A DNA stretch of 23,751 nucleotides from Candidatus Bipolaricaulota bacterium (GTDB lineage Bacteria; Bipolaricaulota; Bipolaricaulia; UBA7950; UBA9294): positions 1 through 23,751 of the forward strand of contig JBFMGK010000059.1 of assembly GCA_040752575.1 (NCBI GenBank), written 5' to 3'. Of the stretch, positions 1-9,283 are shown in pieces (position 1 is the first letter of the stretch; the number at the start of each line of letters is the position of its first letter). A program made the position numbers and the translations under genes. Below the pieces are notes generated by a model. That model had not been told where the DNA came from. It ran no database searches and saw nothing but the letters and a program-made list of their open reading frames with translations.

Positions 1-66
1 CCGGGAATTGAACCCGGGACCTCGTGCACCCCAAGCAAGCACGCTACCAGGCTGCGCTACGTCCCG
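1..66 (-). tRNA. tRNA-Pro (anticodon GGG), 3' end cut by window edge
   Basis: Reverse complement reads CGGGACG TA GCGC AGCCTGGTA GCGT G CTTGC TTGGGGT GCACG AGGTC CCGGG TTCAATT CCCGG: D arm, anticodon loop TT-GGG-GT and T arm. The 3' acceptor strand lies outside the window. Confidence 0.95.
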
Positions 67-350
67 CGTTGGTTCATGGTATCGCGACGGCGGCGGGACG
101 GCAATCGCGGTCCCGGTCGCGTCGGGTGGCGAAACGTTCCGCGCAGGGCCCCGCGGAGTGAGAGGCCCTGCACGTACGCCTCGGTCAACCGGTCGGCTTC
201 GGAGCGCGACAAGCCGCGCGCCCGCAGCTCGCGGTAGAAGGCTCGCCCGGCACGCCGGTGGGCGAATGGAAGCGAGATCAGGAATCCCGTCAATCGCCCA
301 ACCACGACGATGACGGCCACCCCGGCTCGCGCCACGGAGATGACGGCCAC
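57..350 (-). CDS. Small hypothetical protein (97 aa) with a hydrophobic N-terminal helix and an FYxxLxxxG..A..TxxY motif
   Basis: GTG start 2 nt after the upstream stop, with a GAGGAGG SD. Hydrophobic stretch GVAVIVVVGRLTGFLISLPF. Motif shared with the upstream ORF. Stop codon falls inside tRNA-Pro. Confidence 0.7.
   Translation of the reverse strand: MAVISVARAGVAVIVVVGRLTGFLISLPFAHRRAGRAFYRELRARGLSRSEADRLTEAYVQGLSLRGALRGTFRHPTRPGPRLPSRRRRDTMNQRGT
76..104 (-). promoter_or_regulatory. Putative sigma70 promoter for tRNA-Pro
   Basis: Minus strand TTGCCG (104-99), 17 nt, TACCAT (81-76), ending 9 nt upstream of the tRNA 5' end. Confidence 0.6.
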
Positions 351-352
351 GC

Positions 353-664
353 CTAGTCCTCCTCGTCGTGCGACCCGCAGGACGAACTGCCGATACGGAT
401 CCCCTTCCCTCCGCTAAACAAGTCGCGAAGGTTGATCATGTAGCCGCGGGTCATGTCCATGGCGTCTTCGCGCGGGATACCCGCGTCGACGAGCTTCTTG
501 TAGAACGTCGCGACGGCCGCCGCCATGCTCTCCGCGGATTCAGCGGAGTAGAGCACGTCTCGCAGCCCGCGCAGCAAACCGGGGACTTGCGTCGACACAA
601 CGCTCAGAACCTCCCGCACCTCGTCGGCGTCGCTTCGGTGACTTCTCCGATCTTCGTCGTTCAC
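353..664 (-). CDS. Small hypothetical helical protein (103 aa) with an FYxxLxxxG..A..TxxY motif
   Basis: The real start is GTG at 664 (MNDEDRRSH...), preceded by AAAGGAGG and overlapping the anti-sigma stop (GTGA). The longer 353..1030 ORF-track call is an over-extension. Confidence 0.85.
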   Translation of the reverse strand: MNDEDRRSHRSDADEVREVLSVVSTQVPGLLRGLRDVLYSAESAESMAAAVATFYKKLVDAGIPREDAMDMTRGYMINLRDLFSGGKGIRIGSSSCGSHDEED

Positions 665-1041
665 TTTGTGCCTCCTTTCCTGTCTACGTTGAACAACGGA
701 ACCCGTCGATTCAGGACCCTCAAGTCGCCTCGCAGAGGCGCGGATCGCCGCGTTCTGCGCAGGCCAACCTCTAGGCCGACCAAGAACGAACCCACGTCGA
801 GCCTCGCAAGAGGCCTCCCGCCCGTCTCCTCCACAACACGTCGCCACACGTCGGGCGACGGCGCTCCCATGCCGGCCCAAACATCGCGCACGGCCAATCG
901 CACGCGAAGGGTTGCCGCGACCTCCTGCAGGCAGGCATCGCACCCTGCAAGGTGGGCGGCCATCGCCGCCGCCTCCGAAGGAGCCAGGCTCCCTTCGACG
1001 TACCACGGGACGATCTCGCGGAACTTGCACGCTTCGCTCAT
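661..1041 (-). CDS. Zinc-binding anti-sigma factor (ZAS, zf-HC2), apparently soluble
   Basis: N-terminal C..YVEGSL..E.....HLAGCDAC (HxxxCxxC). ATGA overlap with the ECF sigma gene. No transmembrane helix evident. Confidence 0.88.
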   Translation of the reverse strand: MSEACKFREIVPWYVEGSLAPSEAAAMAAHLAGCDACLQEVAATLRVRLAVRDVWAGMGAPSPDVWRRVVEETGGRPLARLDVGSFLVGLEVGLRRTRRSAPLRGDLRVLNRRVPLFNVDRKGGTK

Positions 1042-1577
1042 GTCAATGCCTCCGCTAAGGCCTGTTTGGCGTAGTACATCCGCGACTTGACGGTCCCTTC
1101 CGGCACGCCGGACATCGCGGCGATCTCCTCGTAGGACAACCCCTCGTAGAACGCCAAGAACACCACCTCGCGGTGCTCGGGGCTGAGCTTCTCGAGTGCC
1201 GCCCGCGTGACCACGCTACGCTCGACCGTCGGCGCCGGGTCGGGCTCCACGAGATCGATCGCCGGAACCCGAGCACCGCGTGCCTCGCGTCGCGCCAAGT
1301 CCAAGGCGCGATATCGCGCGATCCCGAGGATCCACGTCGACACCTTGGACCGTCCCTCGAACCGCGACGCCGACTTCCACACCGCCACCAGCGTCTCCTG
1401 GACAACTTCCTCAGCCAGGTGGCGACGACGAACGAGCGTCAACGCGTAGCGGTAGACGCGCTCGGCGTAGCGCTCGTAGAGCACGCGGAACGCCTCGTGG
1501 TCGCCCTCCGCCGCTCTCGCCACGAGAGCGCGATCCGTACGATCTCCCGACGTCACTTCGGTTGCCGCCGCCTTCAC
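1038..1577 (-). CDS. ECF-family RNA polymerase sigma factor
   Basis: Region 2 (AFRVLYERY..VYRYA..AEEVVQETLVAVW..FEGRSKVSTWILGIA) and region 4 (LSPEHREVVFL..GLSYEEIA..VPEGTVKSRM). GTG start with GGAGG SD. Confidence 0.95.
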   Translation of the reverse strand: MKAAATEVTSGDRTDRALVARAAEGDHEAFRVLYERYAERVYRYALTLVRRRHLAEEVVQETLVAVWKSASRFEGRSKVSTWILGIARYRALDLARREARGARVPAIDLVEPDPAPTVERSVVTRAALEKLSPEHREVVFLAFYEGLSYEEIAAMSGVPEGTVKSRMYYAKQALAEALT

Positions 1578-1630
1578 CTTCGTCCTCCCCGCCTCCCACG
1601 GAAACCGTGAGGGAGACGTTCGACAAATGC

Positions 1631-1656
1631 GTCGTGCCAGCGCGCGAAAAGGTTCA
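1631..1656 (-). promoter_or_regulatory. ECF-type promoter (probable autoregulatory site)
   Basis: Minus strand TGAACC-TTTTCGCGCGCTGGCA (16 nt)-CGAC, matching the ECF AAC..N16..CGWC pattern with a T-tract after -35, about 54 nt upstream of the sigma start. Confidence 0.7.
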
Positions 1657-1729
1657 CGGGTCAGGCTATCCGATCTCTAGGGAGAAGAGCCCGGCGCATC
1701 CGCCGGCAAGCTGCGCGGAGGGTGCGCGC

Positions 1730-2329
1730 CTACTCTTCGACGAAGAACTCGACGGCTCCGGAGCAGAGGTCGTAATAGGCGCCCACGATGCGCGTCCGCC
1801 CGGCCGCGGTTGCCTCGCGGATCGTAAGCGACCGCTCGACGAGGCTACGACACGCGCGACGGACATTGTCTCGGGCCGCGGCATCGACTGGGTCCTCGGC
1901 CTCGGGGCAGAGACACGGCTTCAGACACTCGACGACCCACGCCGCCTCGCCACGGCCGCCCTCCCCCCGTGCCGCTGCCGTGACGGCCCCACAGCGTGTG
2001 TGTCCAAGCACGACCACGAGCGGTACATCCAAGTGCGCGACGGCATACTCCACGCTTCCGAGGGCACCCCGATCCAGCACATGGCCCGCGGTCCGGACAA
2101 CGAACAGGTCGCCCAGGCCGGCGTCAAACAGGATCTCCGGCGGCACGCGGGAGTCCGAGCACCCAAGCACCACGGCCCACGGGTGCTGTCCGCCGACAAG
2201 CTCTGCCCTTCGACGGCCGTCGCGGTGCGGGCCCAAAGCCAGACCGGCGGCGAACCTGGCGTTCCCGCTCCGAAGCTCCTCAAGCGAGTGGACCGCGCGC
2301 TCGCGCAGCGCCTCGGAATCTACAACCAT
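1730..2329 (-). CDS. Beta-class carbonic anhydrase
   Basis: L..GNARF, GQHPWAVVLGCSDSRVPPEILFDAGLGDLFVVRTAG, GSVEYAV and LGHTRCGAV (CxDxR and HxxC zinc ligands). Confidence 0.95.
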   Translation of the reverse strand: MVVDSEALRERAVHSLEELRSGNARFAAGLALGPHRDGRRRAELVGGQHPWAVVLGCSDSRVPPEILFDAGLGDLFVVRTAGHVLDRGALGSVEYAVAHLDVPLVVVLGHTRCGAVTAAARGEGGRGEAAWVVECLKPCLCPEAEDPVDAAARDNVRRACRSLVERSLTIREATAAGRTRIVGAYYDLCSGAVEFFVEE

Positions 2330-2814
2330 GACTCGAGCACTTGTGCGTTGACGCCCGAAGGCTGGCCAGAGTAGCGGATCCAGCCATCGCGATCGATGAC
2401 GAATGTGTGAGGGATCCCGCCTACGTTGTACAACGCCTTCACGGCGCGAGCTTCCTGCAGCGAGCCGTAGAGCACGCCCTCGGTTCCATATCCGGCCTCG
2501 CCCAACGCCTCGCGCGCGACCTCGGCGGACTTGTCGAGGCTCACGACCAGGAGCACGACGCCGCGATCGGCATAGCTCATCGCGACATCATGCAAGACCG
2601 GGAACGTTCGCGTGCACGGTTTGCACCAACTGGCCCAGAAATCCAGGATGACCAATTGACCCCGAAGGTCCGAGAGACGCGTGATCTCCCCATCAAGCGA
2701 TGCCAACGAAAATTCCGGCGCCCGTTCGGGTGCCGGCGGCGTTCCGGGAATCGCGAGCAGGAGAACGGCGAGAAGCACCGCAACGGCGGCCAGCAAGAGA
2801 CCTGTGTTGTTCAT
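2320..2814 (-). CDS. TlpA/ResA-like membrane-anchored thiol-disulfide oxidoreductase
   Basis: N-terminal hydrophobic anchor, APEFSL, LDFWASWCKPC (CxxC) and cis-Pro GIPHTFVIDRDG. GAGGGGG SD. TAGAAT at 2852-2847 upstream. Confidence 0.92.
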   Translation of the reverse strand: MNNTGLLLAAVAVLLAVLLLAIPGTPPAPERAPEFSLASLDGEITRLSDLRGQLVILDFWASWCKPCTRTFPVLHDVAMSYADRGVVLLVVSLDKSAEVAREALGEAGYGTEGVLYGSLQEARAVKALYNVGGIPHTFVIDRDGWIRYSGQPSGVNAQVLESWL

Positions 2815-2904
2815 GTCCCCCTCGTCGATGGACGGATCCCAAGGGGATTCTACACGCTGCGGAAACTTCGGACCACGAGTAGCACGCCACCAAGGTGGCG
2901 GCGA

Positions 2905-3108
2905 TCAGCCGTCGCGCGCTGCATCGCCGACGACACCGGCGACGCAACCTTCACCGCGGGCTGCAAGGATTCCTGGAAGACGGTCGCTGATATAGGCGCG
3001 AACGGCGAGATTGAGCTCTTCCTCGACCGTCCGATCGTTGGCTGCCGCAATCAGCGCAAGCTTCATCAACACGCTCGTCTCAATGACTTCGTCCCGGCTG
3101 GAGCGCAC
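2905..3108 (-). CDS. Small Arc/ribbon-helix-helix-like DNA-binding protein (67 aa)
   Basis: GTG at 3108 preceded by AAGGAGG (3121-3115). LMKLALIAAANDRTVEEELNLAVRAYI resembles the helix-GRS/T-helix of Arc/FitA-type RHH proteins. Confidence 0.6.
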   Translation of the reverse strand: MRSSRDEVIETSVLMKLALIAAANDRTVEEELNLAVRAYISDRLPGILAARGEGCVAGVVGDAARDG

Positions 3109-3294
3109 AGCTTCCCTCCTTGCGTGCAGGCCACTAGACATAGCCGCACGACACCCCTTCGGTCAAGTGTCCGCGACGGGGGCCCCTCCCTGAGGCCCGG
3201 GCTCGGCAACCGCGTGCATCAGAGGCTTCCCCTGTGAAAGGAGATGCGCATCACACCCGAGAATGTGCACCTCTACGCTGCTTCGCCGGTTTGG

Positions 3295-3323
3295 GGGAAG
3301 TTCGTCACCTCGACGAACTTCCC
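3295..3323. repeat. Perfect 12-bp inverted repeat
   Basis: GGGAAGTTCGTC-acctc-GACGAACTTCCC in the divergent intergenic region. Confidence 0.9.
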
Positions 3324-3406
3324 AAGTCGCGAGTGTGACACGTGTCCCTCCCACATCCTCAGCTCCGCCTCGACGCGCTACACTCTGCGAAGGAGGTGAG
3401 CGCAGC

Positions 3407-4549
3407 GTGTCCCTTGTCGAATTCGTACATGAGACGGCGGAGGCGGCTCGTCGGCGGCACGGGTTCTCCGCGCTCCAGACGATCCGGGCGGCGCAGATCG
3501 AGGTCGAGGCTCGCGTTCGGGTTCAGTACCCCGAGACCCTCAGCGTATCCTATGAGAAGTACAAGAACCCTCTTGCTCTGTGGACCGAGACGCTGGGAGC
3601 CGGATTTGCCCTGATGCCCGACGATCTTGTCGGCGCTACGTTGTCCTCCGAGGGTCGCGAGACGTGGCACGTCTACCCAAAGGGAGATCTCGCCGTGTGC
3701 CGCCCGGGTCGCGTCCTCGGGGAGCCACTGCCCGGAGTCGACGCTCTGGGAGAGATCGGCTTCTTGACAACCCTCGCTCGCGACGTTCTGGTACGAGACG
3801 CCGGAGAACAGGTGCTCGGAGGCCGCGCGTGCAGGGCGATCGGCATCAAGCCGAAGCGCGAGCGGATGGCCAACCTGCTCCGCGTGACGAGCTATCCGTT
3901 CGAGCGTGCCCGCCTTCTGATCGATGTGGACAGCAAGTTCCCGCGAGAGATTCGCTTCGTCCCCTCATCGCGTTCGCCGCTCCGTGCCCTCCTGGGAGAT
4001 GGGGAAGTCGAGATACGCTACGACGATCCCCACGAGCTGTCCGACTCCGCGGCACCGCTTGTCCCGCCGGATACGACGGCGATGCGCGTCTTCCGCGAGG
4101 TGTCGGTGCGAAGTGAGGACGTTCCGAGAGCTTGGCCTTTCCGCGCCGAGGTCGGTCCCCTTCATGATGCCGGATACGAACTCGCGGAGGGCGCTGGGTG
4201 GATGGCGCGCGAAGATGGGGCCGAGCGAGGCTACGCCGCCACTGTATGGCTTGCGCCGACCGAGCGGTCGGCGGCCTCGCTCACGCTGCGCGTCGGGAAC
4301 TACTTGTCGCGGGAAATGGCGCGCCGCCGCTCGCTCATCGCCGACCAGGGCTCGGCCGCGACGTTCGGTACGCGGCCGGGGCGTCTTCTCGATCGCGCCG
4401 CGCTGTGGCCCGAAGGCGGCCTCCCGCCGGATGCGCCGCACATCGTCGATGCCACGTGGGAGAACGAGGGCACCTTCTGGATCCTGTCGGGCGACGGGCT
4501 CGACGTCCCCGCTCTCGTGCACCTCGCAGCGTCCCTCGCCTCGGCCTAG
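3407..4549 (+). CDS. LolA/RseB(MucB)-fold protein with a DUF4367-like C-terminal domain (380 aa)
   Basis: GTG at 3407 after AAGGAGGTGA SD. LSSEGRETWHVYP, GEQVLGGRACRAIGIKPK and LLIDVDSKFPREI resemble LolA-like sorting proteins. C-terminal WENEGTFWILSGDGLDVPALVHLAASL. TACACT at 3379-3384. Confidence 0.6.
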   Translation: MSLVEFVHETAEAARRRHGFSALQTIRAAQIEVEARVRVQYPETLSVSYEKYKNPLALWTETLGAGFALMPDDLVGATLSSEGRETWHVYPKGDLAVCRPGRVLGEPLPGVDALGEIGFLTTLARDVLVRDAGEQVLGGRACRAIGIKPKRERMANLLRVTSYPFERARLLIDVDSKFPREIRFVPSSRSPLRALLGDGEVEIRYDDPHELSDSAAPLVPPDTTAMRVFREVSVRSEDVPRAWPFRAEVGPLHDAGYELAEGAGWMAREDGAERGYAATVWLAPTERSAASLTLRVGNYLSREMARRRSLIADQGSAATFGTRPGRLLDRAALWPEGGLPPDAPHIVDATWENEGTFWILSGDGLDVPALVHLAASLASA

Positions 4550-5220
4550 CGCTCCCCGGATCCACGGTCGCCCTGTCGGCGACCGGCCACGAGAAGCCGC
4601 TCGACGTCGTCGATGAGCCTGGCGATGCGGTGCGAAAGGCGGTCGATCGTCGCCCGCAAGGCCCGCTCACGAAGCCAGACGGCCGCGCAACCCGCCAGGA
4701 ACTCCGCGACCTCGGCCTCGCGGGGCGTCACCGCCCTCGACTCATCGAAGGCGAGCAACAGCACGCCGGCGGAGCCGGTGTCCCTGCCGATGGGAACAGC
4801 AAACGCACTCGTCGTCGGAGGATTGCGATCGCTCCAGCGAACCGCCCGTACAACCCCTTCGAGATACACACCCACCGGACCGGAAAGCGCCGCCGTCACC
4901 CAATCGCAAGCCGTCTCGCCAAGAGTTTCCTCGATCCCTCGTCCGGCCCATGTTCCCGCCGCCGCCACAACCACGTGACGCTCGGTGAGGTCGTCCCATT
5001 CGAACACCGCGCAACCCGACGCGGACGCGACACGCGTCAGCCGATCGCAGACTGCAAGCCCATTCGTGGGGACGGAGGCCGCAGCGAGAAGATGGCCCAT
5101 CTCACGCAGGCCCTCCACATCGAAGGCGGCGAGTGCCTCGCCGCTCGTTACGCCCGATGGAATCTGACCTCTTCGGTCCGACGCTCGAAATCCTCGCCAC
5201 ACGTTTCGCCAGCTGTTCAT
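4546..5220 (-). CDS. GAF-domain protein with a C-terminal coiled coil and no output domain
   Basis: GCAVFEWD..VVVAAAG, SAFAVPIG..AGVLLLAFDESRAVTPREAEVAEFLAGCAAVWL is a GAF-type pattern. ATG at 5220 with GGGGA upstream. TATACT at 5258-5253. Confidence 0.7.
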   Translation of the reverse strand: MNSWRNVWRGFRASDRRGQIPSGVTSGEALAAFDVEGLREMGHLLAAASVPTNGLAVCDRLTRVASASGCAVFEWDDLTERHVVVAAAGTWAGRGIEETLGETACDWVTAALSGPVGVYLEGVVRAVRWSDRNPPTTSAFAVPIGRDTGSAGVLLLAFDESRAVTPREAEVAEFLAGCAAVWLRERALRATIDRLSHRIARLIDDVERLLVAGRRQGDRGSGER

Positions 5221-5314
5221 CGGTTCCCCGGAGCATCTTAGGTACAGGTCGCAGTATAGCTTCGCATTGATGTGCACGCACTTGAACCGACGTCCGTCGC
5301 GCGCCTACCCTCGC

Positions 5315-8392
<3,078 letters not shown>

Positions 8393-8403
<11 letters not shown>

Positions 8404-9274
8404 GCAGGGTCCGGTAGGCGTCCAACGCGCGCTCGCCCCAGCGGTCCACCAGGTGGTCCATTCCCTCTTTGACCAGTTGACGCGCTCGTTCGCGGCCTAC
8501 GTCCATGATGCGTCCAACTTCGGCCAGGTTGTAGGGGCAACCGTCTTCGATTCCGTAATGCAGGCGAAGTGCAAAGGCTTGGCGTGCCGGCAGCTTGTTC
8601 AGGATGTCGTTCAGTTCCTCCCGGAAGAGCAACCGCAGCGCCTCCCGTTCGGGCGACAGCGCCGCAGTATCTTCGACTCGCTCCTCGAGCGGTCCCTCCG
8701 CATCGTCTCCGCCCACCCGATCGAGCGAGGTGACCTCGCTCACCTGCTTCTCGATCTGTTGCAGTCGATCGGCGGACAGACCCGTCGACTCCATAACCTC
8801 GCGCGTTCCATCGTCTGGCGAGTCGCCGAGCGCGCGAATCTGCGCCATACGCCGCACGGCGCGAAACAGGTAGTCCGGAATCCGAACCATGCGCGTGTAG
8901 TTGCCAATCGCGGCCAGGATCGACCGCCGGATCCACCACGAGGCGTACGTTCCAAGCCGGTACCCGCGCTCGGGGTCGAATCGGTCGACACCCTGGATCA
9001 GCCCGATGTTCCCCTCCTGAATGAGGTCGAGGATGGGCACCCCGGTCTCGGCATACTCCTGTGCGATCTTCGCCACCAGTCGAAGATGCGACAGGATCAG
9101 GCGCTCACGCGCTGACGCCACGCCCGCTACGGCTTGTCTCCCAAGGGCCTGCTCTTCCTCGCGATCCAGAACGGGGAATCGTGCGATCTCGCGGTAATAG
9201 ATCGAGAGAATCGACGGTCCCGAGCCCTTCTCGGTCTTCTCAGCGAGGATCTCCTGCTCTTCGTCGTTTGCCAC
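8393..9274 (-). CDS. RpoD/RpoS-like alternative sigma70 factor lacking region 1.1
   Basis: Region 1.2 YYREIARFPVLDREEE, region 2 HLRLVAKIA..DLIQEGNIGLIQGVDRFDPERGYRLGTYASWWIR, region 4 NLAEVGRIMDVGRERARQL. 293 aa. Confidence 0.92.
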
Positions 9275-9283
9275 GCGGTCACT

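Noticed and set aside
309..350. 12-nt direct repeat GATGACGGCCAC (309-320, 339-350)
   Set aside because: Only two copies, in frame, encoding a repeated (V/M)AVI peptide; not a CRISPR or att site
3200..3280. TAGAGGTGC on the minus strand resembling a lysine riboswitch start
   Set aside because: The AGTA loop-E and downstream conserved elements are missing, and no lysine gene follows
3244..3399. 51-codon ORF (MRITPENVHLY...) after AAAGGAG
   Set aside because: The SD-like sequence abuts the ATG with no spacing, there is no recognisable motif, and it overlaps the hairpin region
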